DNA of 64,000 nt from an uncultured virus (IMG/VR IMGVR_UViG_3300032087_004917) (taxonomy: Duplodnaviria; Heunggongvirae; Uroviricota; Caudoviricetes). A program made the position numbers and the translations under genes. The notes under the pieces are model-generated. The model was given only the letters and a program-made list of their open reading frames with translations. It did no database searches and had not been told where the DNA came from. The stretch lies in IMG/VR virus record IMGVR_UViG_3300032087_004917; one strand, 5' to 3'. Of the stretch, positions 40,643 to 48,788 are shown piece after piece. Numbering within the stretch: the first letter of the stretch is position 1; each line of letters starts with the position of its first letter.

Positions 40643-41222
40643 AGATCAATTTAAATCCCTTCTTGGAAGATATCAAAACGCCGTCAAGGGAGTTGACGAT
40701 TCGTTTTACGAAGAGAATAACATCGAAGCCTTACGTCCTCAAAGTATACCATTTGGCGTGCGAGGTCGTGGCACTGCATATATTTTTAGGTATTTGGTTC
40801 CCAAAGGTAGAGCGACACTCCCATACTACACCGTAATGCCCTTTGTTATCACTCTTGATAGGACACCAAAAACTTTAACTGGACTCAATCTTTTTTACCT
40901 ACCAGCGAGATTGCGAGAGGTTATTTTAAATTTATATTTGTCAAGAACAACGTCCCAAACGATTGAGGGTAGATCAACATTGTTATATGAAACCCTCAAA
41001 AAACAAAAGATTTTTTACTCAACAATCAAACCGGCGATCAAGCAGTATCAAGTAAAAAGAATGGGACCAATCGCTTTTCGTGTAGCACCCCAAAGTTGGA
41101 ACCTACTTTACAACGAAAAGCCATCAAATACTCTGCTAAAGGGTTTTATGAAAAAAACTGCTCCGCAGGTTCATTACTATTCGAAGGCTGAAATTATCAG
41201 GAATTTGCTTTCACCGGCATAA
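40629..41222 (+). CDS. g2: DNA end protector gp2-like
   Basis: YIFRY..K...LPYY..MP, GLNLFYLP..LR, AIKQY. Confidence 0.75.
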   Translation: MAEDKDQFKSLLGRYQNAVKGVDDSFYEENNIEALRPQSIPFGVRGRGTAYIFRYLVPKGRATLPYYTVMPFVITLDRTPKTLTGLNLFYLPARLREVILNLYLSRTTSQTIEGRSTLLYETLKKQKIFYSTIKPAIKQYQVKRMGPIAFRVAPQSWNLLYNEKPSNTLLKGFMKKTAPQVHYYSKAEIIRNLLSPA

Positions 41223-41230
41223 ATACTTTT

Positions 41231-41806
41231 ATGGCAAGACAAAGAGACAAATATAACATCAATAGAATCAAATCAAGTCTGGGTAGATTTGGGACGATGA
41301 ACACCTCTTTGTATCAGGTGGAGTTTGGTTTTACCAATCAAGTTCAAAATGCTCTTGATGCCTCCAGAACCACAGCCGAAGAAATCAATTTGAGGGCATC
41401 GAAAGTAGCCCTACCCGGAAGGGAGATTGGCACTATCGCCGCAAAACCCTTTGGTGTTGATTATGAACATCCGACAGAACTTAAATTTGAAAAGAATCTG
41501 TCGATCACTTTTTTGAATGATAAAAATAATTTACTGAGAAGATTCTTTACGGCTTGGCAAAAACTTGTGATTGATGATGCAGGGGTTCATGGATTCCGTG
41601 AAGAGTATGGCTGCTCATTGAAAATTATAAGTGAAACCAGAGATGCGAGAACGGCGGCAGAGTTTGAGTTTTCTAGCGTGTATCCCAGAGTTATTCAAGG
41701 TAATGAATTTACTGCCGCAGCACCAAACTTCGTAGAGTTTGATGTTGCCTTTGATTATATCGAGGCGAAAGTGACTGATAAATTTTTAAGAAGCGAACAG
41801 AACTAA
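41231..41806 (+). CDS. Baseplate tail tube initiator (gp54 / gp19-like)
   Basis: VALPGR, LSITFLND....RRFF.AWQ, VYP; tube-fold motifs; synteny. Confidence 0.7.
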   Translation: MARQRDKYNINRIKSSLGRFGTMNTSLYQVEFGFTNQVQNALDASRTTAEEINLRASKVALPGREIGTIAAKPFGVDYEHPTELKFEKNLSITFLNDKNNLLRRFFTAWQKLVIDDAGVHGFREEYGCSLKIISETRDARTAAEFEFSSVYPRVIQGNEFTAAAPNFVEFDVAFDYIEAKVTDKFLRSEQN

Positions 41807-41816
41807 GGAGTAGATT

Positions 41817-42515
41817 ATGTCTGTACCATTGATCGTGACCCCCGAACACCAGACGGTGGTTCCCTCGGGCAAAACTGTAATCTTTAGACCATTCTTGGTC
41901 AAAGAAGAAAAATTGATGCTTACCATCAAAGAAAATCAAAGAACCGATGAAGTGATGAGAGTCATGAAACAGGTTGTAAGCAATTGCGTCATTGATGATA
42001 AGTTTGATGTTGATAAAATTTCATATAATGATCTTGAGCATCTTTTTGTCATGATGCGTGCGAGATCTGTTGGCGAGTCAGTAGAGTTTCCATTCTCATG
42101 TAAAGAGTGTGACTATGAGGGAACCACTGAAATTGATATTACAAAAATTCAATTGTCAAGACCTGTTCCAGAAGATGACACCGTGATGCTCAACGAAAGC
42201 GTAGGAGTCAAGGTGAAGCCGGTGGGTGTCAAAGGCATGGCTCATCTTGCAAAGGTCGCAGACACAGATCCTCTGAGCATGTTGAATCATGTTATTGAGT
42301 ATATTTACAACAAAGAGCAAATGTGGAAGATTGATGACATGTCGCAAAAAGAGATCACCGACTTTGTTGAGACGCTTTCTCTCACGCAAGTTCAAAAAAT
42401 CATGGGAAAGGTTGAAGAATTTCCTAGATGTTGTATAAAAGACACCGTGACCTGCCCATCTTGTCAAAAACAACAAGAAATCAACGTGGAGGGTCTTGAG
42501 AATTTTTTTACCTAA
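41817..42515 (+). CDS. g26: Baseplate hub assembly protein gp26
   Basis: FRPFLVKEEK, DLEHLF..MRARSVGE, CxxC pairs, ends EGLENFF. Confidence 0.92.
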   Translation: MSVPLIVTPEHQTVVPSGKTVIFRPFLVKEEKLMLTIKENQRTDEVMRVMKQVVSNCVIDDKFDVDKISYNDLEHLFVMMRARSVGESVEFPFSCKECDYEGTTEIDITKIQLSRPVPEDDTVMLNESVGVKVKPVGVKGMAHLAKVADTDPLSMLNHVIEYIYNKEQMWKIDDMSQKEITDFVETLSLTQVQKIMGKVEEFPRCCIKDTVTCPSCQKQQEINVEGLENFFT

Positions 42516-42517
42516 GC

Positions 42518-42691
42518 GTGGGGCATGACTCTTTAGAGGCTCATATCCACACAAACTATTATCTTATGATTCATGCACACATGAGTCTTGAGACAATCAA
42601 CAACATGCTTCCTTGGGAGAGGCAGGTTTACGTCGCCATGTATATTGAGGAACAAAAGAAAAAGCAAAAAGAAGCAGCAGCAAGAGGCTGA
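42518..42691 (+). CDS. g51: Baseplate hub assembly catalyst gp51-like (57 aa; not in ORF track)
   Basis: GTG 42518 to TGA 42691 reads (M)GHDSLEAHIHTNYYLMIHAHMSLETINNMLPWERQVYVAMYIEEQKKKQKEAAARG; the NMxPWER.vY motif is typical of gp51. Confidence 0.88.
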   Translation: MGHDSLEAHIHTNYYLMIHAHMSLETINNMLPWERQVYVAMYIEEQKKKQKEAAARG

Positions 42692-42715
42692 TGCACATGA
42701 CGGATACATATTTAC

Positions 42716-44302
42716 ATGGCGTTGACACCAGAGGAAAAAGAAAAATTAAGAGAGGCTCTCAAAAGTGAGACTGCCGATGAGGGTGGTTCGCTTAAAAATC
42801 CCTTTGGTGGTTTGATTTCAGGGTTTGGTAATCTTGGCTCATCTCTGAAAAAACTCAATGATACGCTTGCCAAGGCTCCTGCAAAACTAAAGGATGCCTC
42901 GACGATCAAGTTCAAGGGACCAAAAGTCCCAAATATACCAAAAGCGATTGCGAAAGGACTCGGCACTATTCTTGGCGAGGGATTTGCTAATGCGATTGCA
43001 TCTTTTGGAAACGTCAAAGTTTTCAAAGGCATTTTAAATCTTGGTCTGCTCGGTGGATCTTTGATCCCCTTTGCATTAGCCCTTAAAAAGTTTGGCGGCG
43101 TTCGTTTTGATAAAGTTTTGATTGGTGTTGGTGCATTGACAGCGATTGCAGGAATCGCCAGAATTTTGGGTGACCCTGCCATTTCTACATTCGTATTTTT
43201 AGGTGCTGCCGCCATTGGTGCTTTAGGTCTTGCTCTCATGCCATTTGGTCTGGGACTCGACATGGTTGCATCTGCCATGGAAAAACTAGAGCCACAACTG
43301 GCAAGTCTAGCCAACGCTCTTGATGTGGCTTTGACACCTTTCGTGACGGGCATAGTGGAGTTGTTTGAGACTCTGAGAACAGGCATTGAAACAATTGGAT
43401 TTGTTCTCGTTGGTGAAGACGGTCAATCTGGAATCGTAGGCACTATCGGTGGAACCGTTCAGACAATTGTTGGCGCAGTTGGTGAAACCCTTCAAAGTTT
43501 TGGTGACAATATTGAGGGAATCGTTACAACAATTGTTAGCACAGTTGGTGAAACCCTTCAAAGTTTTGGTGACAATATTGAGGGAATCGTTGGAACAATT
43601 GGAGAAACTGTTACGTCGCTTGCAACAACCCTAAAAGAAACTGTTCTCGGTGTGATAGATGGTGTGACCGGAGCCTTGGAAACTGGTTTTGATAAAAGTA
43701 TGGAACTTCTCACAACGATTGATGGACTGTCGCTTACTGGTGGTCAGTTGGCGGCAATTGGTGGTGGACTGATTGCTCTTGCTGCTGGTCTTGCAGCAGT
43801 CGTGGGTGCGAATGCAGTATCATCAGTCGGTGGTGTTTTCTCCGCTGCCGGTGACTGGTTATCAGGTAGAGATACAAATGTTATAACTTTGATTGAAAAA
43901 ATTACATCTTTGGGAAGTAGATTTGAAAGTCTTCGTGGTGTACCAAGTGTTCTTGACAGGATGAAGAGATCACTTAAGGGTCTTCTTGACATGGACTACG
44001 ACACCGCGAACTTTAGTCAAGCCATAAGTGAAGTTATTACTGCGGTTTCGGAATTGGGTAATCAGGTCTTTGGCACTGATGGATCTCCATTCACATCTCC
44101 CACAGTTGGAGCCACCGCCGTTGGACTTGCAACAGGAGTCGGAGCAGGTGGAGCAGGAAATGTCACGGTGAATAATATTAGCAATGCCACCACATCACCA
44201 ACACAAATTGTCCCCGATAGTAACATTGGTGCGAGATCGTTTGATCGTGATGTTCTCTCACCACTCGACTCAGCGTCACCATTTATGCTTGGTGGTAGAT
44301 AA
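42716..44302 (+). CDS. Putative tape measure protein (gp29 position)
   Basis: Ala/Gly/Leu-rich helical protein with hydrophobic stretches and 11/22-residue periodicity; directly after g26/g51. Confidence 0.7.
   Translation: MALTPEEKEKLREALKSETADEGGSLKNPFGGLISGFGNLGSSLKKLNDTLAKAPAKLKDASTIKFKGPKVPNIPKAIAKGLGTILGEGFANAIASFGNVKVFKGILNLGLLGGSLIPFALALKKFGGVRFDKVLIGVGALTAIAGIARILGDPAISTFVFLGAAAIGALGLALMPFGLGLDMVASAMEKLEPQLASLANALDVALTPFVTGIVELFETLRTGIETIGFVLVGEDGQSGIVGTIGGTVQTIVGAVGETLQSFGDNIEGIVTTIVSTVGETLQSFGDNIEGIVGTIGETVTSLATTLKETVLGVIDGVTGALETGFDKSMELLTTIDGLSLTGGQLAAIGGGLIALAAGLAAVVGANAVSSVGGVFSAAGDWLSGRDTNVITLIEKITSLGSRFESLRGVPSVLDRMKRSLKGLLDMDYDTANFSQAISEVITAVSELGNQVFGTDGSPFTSPTVGATAVGLATGVGAGGAGNVTVNNISNATTSPTQIVPDSNIGARSFDRDVLSPLDSASPFMLGGR
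43476..43591 (+). repeat. Exact 50 bp direct repeat with 66 bp period inside the tape measure gene
   Basis: CAGTTGGTGAAACCCTTCAAAGTTTTGGTGACAATATTGAGGGAATCGTT at 43476-43525 and 43542-43591. Confidence 0.95.
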
Positions 44303-44303
44303 C

Positions 44304-44332
44304 AAAAAACCCCCGCCGAGGCGAGGGTTTTT
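44304..44332. terminator. Bidirectional terminator between the convergent tape measure gene and g32
   Basis: AAAAAACCCCCGCC-GA-GGCGAGGGTTTTT hairpin with A and T tracts on both sides. Confidence 0.8.
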
Positions 44333-44352
44333 GACCTTTTCGTGTAAAGGGT

Positions 44353-45243
44353 TTAGTCTTCATTGGCGAGCCGTGAGAAGTAATCCAAAGCGGACTCCTC
44401 TCCATCAGGCTCCACGTTCTCCCGTTGTGGAGCCGCTTCACTGGTCGCCGCTGGTGCGACCTCATCAGAAATGGCAGTATATTCTGCCGTATTAGTCGGC
44501 TGCGAGCCACCGAGAACAGACTCAAGACGAGTCTTCAATTCATCATAAGACTTATAGTTTGCCGGATCGACAAACTCACGAAGGGAGTGCTGTTGCTCCC
44601 AGATCTCCTTCAACTTACCTTCGTCACCATCGAAGAGAGCCGAGGGAGTATCAAACTCCGACTTGTCGTAGTTAGGATAACCAGCGACTTTGCGTTGACG
44701 CAATCGGAAGTTTGCACCTTGCCAGAAATCGTGTGGGATGATTGGCTCTTCATCCGCAAACTCTGGCTTCATGGCATCCATGATCTTGTTGTGAATCTTC
44801 ACACCATAACGATAAAGGAAAACCTTACCGTTGTTTTCTGGATTGCCTGAGTCATTAATCACAAGGATGTTTGAAACAAAGTTCTTCTTTCTTTTATACT
44901 TTTGAGAAACGAGATCTTTGTTGGATTGCAAACCACTGTTCCAGAGTTTTGAGTTATGCTCTGACACTGGATCTTTTTCACCAAAGGTGGTTCGGGAGTT
45001 CTCGATGAACCAACCACCCGGTCCTTGGAATGCATGATTGTAGTAGAGAACCCAAGCATCTTCTTCACCTTCGGCTTCGGGCAAGAAGCGAATAACGGCA
45101 CTTGCGGTTCCTGCGTCATCAACAGTTGGTCGCCAAAAGCGATCATCTTTGTATGACTTCTTTTCGCCGTCATCCATCGACGTAAGTTTTTGGATGAGAG
45201 CGTCCTTGTCTTGACTTCGTTGTTTTAGTTGTTCAAATGACAT
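44353..45243 (-). CDS. g32: Single-stranded DNA binding protein gp32
   Basis: DDRFW, AVIRFLP, HAFQGPGGW.IENS.TT, DFWQGANF.L, NYDKSEF, acidic tail. Confidence 0.97.
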   Translation of the reverse strand: MSFEQLKQRSQDKDALIQKLTSMDDGEKKSYKDDRFWRPTVDDAGTASAVIRFLPEAEGEEDAWVLYYNHAFQGPGGWFIENSRTTFGEKDPVSEHNSKLWNSGLQSNKDLVSQKYKRKKNFVSNILVINDSGNPENNGKVFLYRYGVKIHNKIMDAMKPEFADEEPIIPHDFWQGANFRLRQRKVAGYPNYDKSEFDTPSALFDGDEGKLKEIWEQQHSLREFVDPANYKSYDELKTRLESVLGGSQPTNTAEYTAISDEVAPAATSEAAPQRENVEPDGEESALDYFSRLANED

Positions 45244-45296
45244 ATACTGTTTTCTCCTTTTTTAGTTGTTGTAGACAGTTTTAAACAGATGTAGGA

Positions 45297-45324
45297 ATTG
45301 TAGTCGAGAGTGACACGTTGTCAA
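45297..45324 (-). promoter_or_regulatory. Sigma70-type promoter of g32, TTGACA-N16-TACAAT
   Basis: -35 at 45319-45324, -10 at 45297-45302. Confidence 0.75.
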
Positions 45325-45548
45325 CCCCCATTGGAAAAAAGTTTCGGTGTTTTTGGCATAAGATTAATCTCCTCTGCCTCGACACGGATTTTTTCGATTA
45401 TAGGCTTAGATAAATACTTAGCGACGAGTTCTGGTTCAACGCCAATCTCTTCACAAAGGTTATTTATTGATTCCATATAACCTTCACCAGTGTTCAAGAC
45501 TCGATCCTCAACTCGTTTGGAAAAAGTCTTTTCTAAATCTTCAAACAT
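45321..45548 (-). CDS. g33: Late transcription coactivator gp33
   Basis: FSKRVE..V....YMESI..LCEE..VEPE.VAK.LS.PI.EKI..EA...N. Confidence 0.88.
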   Translation of the reverse strand: MFEDLEKTFSKRVEDRVLNTGEGYMESINNLCEEIGVEPELVAKYLSKPIIEKIRVEAEEINLMPKTPKLFSNGG

Positions 45549-45559
45549 AATGACCTCAC

Positions 45560-45572
45560 TACATAGTATGTA
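45560..45572. promoter_or_regulatory. Overlapping divergent late-type promoters (TACATA-g-TATGTA)
   Basis: Palindromic motif pair between g33 and the + strand gene at 45587. Confidence 0.6.
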
Positions 45573-45586
45573 TTAGGAGAACCTAA

Positions 45587-46291
45587 ATGGCAGCCGGGAT
45601 AACAAACGCAGATAACATTACCCTCAACTTAGGATCTGGCGGTGCTAATGTCGCCACGGACTATCTTACCACAGAAGGTGGTCATGCACAATTCGTAAAA
45701 CTCGGAATTGGTGGCGATGGTACGTTGAATCAAATTACTTCAACAAACCCACTCCCTGTCCAATTGTATAGTATTAATCCAACATTCAAAACTTTGCCAG
45801 TTGGCGGTGGGACGAATGGTGAGGGCATCACTGTTTTTGCAGATATTACCGTTGGAGAAGTGAGTCTAGCCACTGGTGCGACTCTGGATGCGATTGTTAG
45901 TGGTATTTCTGCCGATATCACATCTTTTAAATCTGGCATTACTTTAGGAATTGATAACGCCACCGGAACGACGATGAACATCGAGGGAACCGTGTCAATC
46001 TCCTCCGTTGCAACTCCTACGTCATTCACCTCTGGCACGTTCAACCTCACGACCGATGCCACTGTCTCGCTACCGGGATTTACTTGTGAGTCTGGAATCA
46101 AAGTTAAAAATACCTTTAGTGGTGGTCAAGGTGATATTCGTGTTGGTGTCGGCGGCGTAACTCCGACCGATGCAAATTCATATCTTTTGTCCGTAAGTGA
46201 AGAATTGTTTGTTGAAATCAACAATGTTGACAATATTACTTTCGGAACGGGTAGTGCAGCAGGAGCGACTATCACTTACATCGGATCATAA
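45587..46291 (+). CDS. Putative virion decoration protein
   Basis: AGGAG RBS; G/T-rich beta-type sequence; C-terminal domain resembles the 48440..48787 protein. Confidence 0.6.
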   Translation: MAAGITNADNITLNLGSGGANVATDYLTTEGGHAQFVKLGIGGDGTLNQITSTNPLPVQLYSINPTFKTLPVGGGTNGEGITVFADITVGEVSLATGATLDAIVSGISADITSFKSGITLGIDNATGTTMNIEGTVSISSVATPTSFTSGTFNLTTDATVSLPGFTCESGIKVKNTFSGGQGDIRVGVGGVTPTDANSYLLSVSEELFVEINNVDNITFGTGSAAGATITYIGS

Positions 46292-46294
46292 CTC

Positions 46295-47752
46295 ATGGGA
46301 AGAGGTCGGCTTAAATCTGGACTTCAAGCGTTCGGAGAAGGAAGACTTAGAAGAGTCCCGTCTGCGTTTGTTGAGGATATACTTATTGATCCCGGTGGTG
46401 GACTAACTGGTGATCCCGGTCACCCCGACAGTGGCTCTGGTGGCTCTGGTGGTGATAACTCGGGAAACCCAACAATCGGCGGACCTATCATTGGTGGTCC
46501 CGATGTTAATAATGATGTGAGTTCTGGTGATCCAACTATTATCATTACTGAGCCGGAGGTTGAAAACCCTGTTGGCACAACTCCCGTCATCACTGCCACT
46601 GAACCTAACTTGGGTAACGGCGGTCCAATCAGACCACCAGTGCGTGACCCTATTAATAATGGTGGTGGTGCTTTGCCAGCAGAGGGTGGCTCGATTCCAA
46701 GAAGAGACACAACAAACAAAAATTTATCCAATCCTTTGTCGGTGCAACAAACACCAAGCACAACAGTTGGCTCAGAAGGAAGAATTAGATTTCCGGCAGA
46801 CGGCATTACAAACACTGATCCCACGATTATCACCGAGCCACAGTTTGATCCCGGTGTTTTGGGTGGAAGTGTAAATGATTACATAAAAAATAATTTATCA
46901 GTTTACACTCTTCACATCAATGATTTCATTGGTCCCGGTGGTGCGTCTGGATCAAATTATGTAAGAGGTGGGCGATCATTTTTGAGAATGTTGAAGTCAA
47001 TTTACAGTTTAAGTCCAGATGGAAAAGATAAAGATCCGTTGATTTCAACGACCACGACTGGTTTGAGTGCAGCAGGGTTCACCGTGTCCGCAAGAACAAT
47101 TGCTAATCTCGCTGAGGGAGCCAGTGGTGCAAATGCATTTTCTCAACAATTCTTTAGGTTTGATCTTACAAAAAATAATGGTGCGACTGGTATGACCTCG
47201 GGGGATACACTTGGTCATGCAAACTTGGTTTTGTCGATCAAGAATCACATGGTGGATAGATCATCCGCACCTGCCTACACTGGTGACACAACTAGTTTTG
47301 TGCAAGGACCGCTTTCCGTACCAAGGATGGATTGTGAAATTATTAAAATTGCTGCGACGTATGACGCTGATTTTGGTAGATACCTCAACGGTGTATCGTG
47401 GGGGGCTACTTACGCTTGGGACAGTTTTTACGGAACATCTGGAGCAGACGTAGACACATCACTGACTGTTGGATTCACAATCGACCAACCCCTTAGCCAC
47501 AATCAAGAACTCAATATTGATATTAAGGAATTGGCTCAAGATGCGATTACAAACACAAGCGGTATTTTGAGATTTGCGATTCGACCCATCGCAACACAAT
47601 ACGGGATTACTGGTGCGAGTATGGGTGGTGCAAGAATGGGTTTGAATATGTTTAGTATTGACCGCAGTGTTAAAAAACCAAGACTCGAAATTGCATTCAG
47701 ACCATCGAGTGCTTCGTCACTCTCAAGACTTGCTGATCTTGGAAGACTTTGA
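46295..47752 (+). CDS. Pro/Gly-rich protein with a DNRLRE/CBM96-like C-terminal domain
   Basis: Low-complexity N half; C half FFRFDL..ANLVL..W..W..G.D..IDIKELAQD..PRLEI. Confidence 0.5.
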   Translation: MGRGRLKSGLQAFGEGRLRRVPSAFVEDILIDPGGGLTGDPGHPDSGSGGSGGDNSGNPTIGGPIIGGPDVNNDVSSGDPTIIITEPEVENPVGTTPVITATEPNLGNGGPIRPPVRDPINNGGGALPAEGGSIPRRDTTNKNLSNPLSVQQTPSTTVGSEGRIRFPADGITNTDPTIITEPQFDPGVLGGSVNDYIKNNLSVYTLHINDFIGPGGASGSNYVRGGRSFLRMLKSIYSLSPDGKDKDPLISTTTTGLSAAGFTVSARTIANLAEGASGANAFSQQFFRFDLTKNNGATGMTSGDTLGHANLVLSIKNHMVDRSSAPAYTGDTTSFVQGPLSVPRMDCEIIKIAATYDADFGRYLNGVSWGATYAWDSFYGTSGADVDTSLTVGFTIDQPLSHNQELNIDIKELAQDAITNTSGILRFAIRPIATQYGITGASMGGARMGLNMFSIDRSVKKPRLEIAFRPSSASSLSRLADLGRL

Positions 47753-48397
47753 GTTTTCGTAAATATCAATCGCTCTTTTTAACTCTGCAACATAGTCGAG
47801 TGGTTTTTTTACAAAAACTTGATTCGCCCCGTCCTCAGATGTAATAAGAATCACAATCTGTTCAATTTCCTCTTTCATCATCTCATGCCACATGATTGCA
47901 TAGGCTGTCGCTTGGCAGAAATAGTTGGTGATATTAGAGGGGCTTTTACGCCTCGTAGAGCCTTTGAAGTCAATAATGGACAACTTCCCATCAAACTCCG
48001 CAACGCAGTCCACACGCCCTGCTAGACGCAGTGTGTGGCTCCACAGAGGAACCTCTTGTGCGCGGATGTTATTGATACGATGCAGGCTTCGTTTTAAATT
48101 ATTAAACAACATTGCTTCATTCGAAGCGAGTTCCCCAACAGGTTCATTGTTCAAATAATTTTCACAGGCTTCGTGAATCACATTACCACGATCAGTTGTT
48201 CGCTTTGCCTCAACAGGATTCTCTGCTCTCCATTTTGCAAAGAAACGTGCCTTCTCAAATCCACAAACAGTGGTCACGGACGGATATCTCTTCTCACCGG
48301 GAGCGAGATAAAAGCGACCCTCCTCAGACTCAGTTGTTTTGAGTTCTTGAATATTTTGTGGTGGTTTAACGTGAGTAAATTTAAAGCCTTCAATCAT
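47723..48397 (-). CDS. PD-(D/E)xK exonuclease (Cas4/MGME1-like phage exonuclease)
   Basis: YPSVTTV, RGN.IH..CE.YL, AGRVDCVAEFDG.LSIIDFK, YFCQATAYA. Confidence 0.9.
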   Translation of the reverse strand: MIEGFKFTHVKPPQNIQELKTTESEEGRFYLAPGEKRYPSVTTVCGFEKARFFAKWRAENPVEAKRTTDRGNVIHEACENYLNNEPVGELASNEAMLFNNLKRSLHRINNIRAQEVPLWSHTLRLAGRVDCVAEFDGKLSIIDFKGSTRRKSPSNITNYFCQATAYAIMWHEMMKEEIEQIVILITSEDGANQVFVKKPLDYVAELKRAIDIYENSKSSKISKS

Positions 48398-48406
48398 GAC
48401 ATTGAA

Positions 48407-48434
48407 ATTGTAAGGGGCTTTGTTTTGGTGTCAA
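48407..48434 (-). promoter_or_regulatory. Sigma70-type promoter of the exonuclease, TTGACA-N16-TACAAT
   Basis: -35 at 48429-48434, -10 at 48407-48412. Confidence 0.75.
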
Positions 48435-48439
48435 GTAAA

Positions 48440-48787
48440 TTATGAGCCAATGAAAGACAAAGTTTCTCCACCACCGGCGGACATAACATTAACTTTGATC
48501 AATTGATCAATGTCAATAAAAACTTCTTCATTTGCGTTCAATTTGAAACCCACGTTATCAAGATTAGCACGATTGTCCGTGGTAACACCAGATCCAGATC
48601 CAATGAAGACTGTTTCAGCGTTTGCTGCGTCTGCTTTGATTCTCACACCGGAGAAAAGTTCAGCGTTCCCAAGAGTAGTGCCAAGGGCGGTAACTGAGTG
48701 GACACCGTGGACAAAATCTCTCACGGCAGTTGGTGTTGCAAATCTCATGCGACCGTTTCTAGTTCTTCCTGCATAAACGTCTGTCAT
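48440..48787 (-). CDS. Small putative virion protein, paralog of the 45587 C-terminal domain
   Basis: SGVRIKA..VFIG..GFKL..NEEVFIDID..LSFIGS. Confidence 0.65.
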   Translation of the reverse strand: MTDVYAGRTRNGRMRFATPTAVRDFVHGVHSVTALGTTLGNAELFSGVRIKADAANAETVFIGSGSGVTTDNRANLDNVGFKLNANEEVFIDIDQLIKVNVMSAGGGETLSFIGS

Positions 48788-48788
48788 T

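Noticed and set aside
47723..48397. Cas4-like nuclease as evidence of CRISPR-Cas
   Set aside because: Standalone exonuclease usual in T4-like phages; lacks the Cas4 four-Cys cluster pattern and has no array nearby
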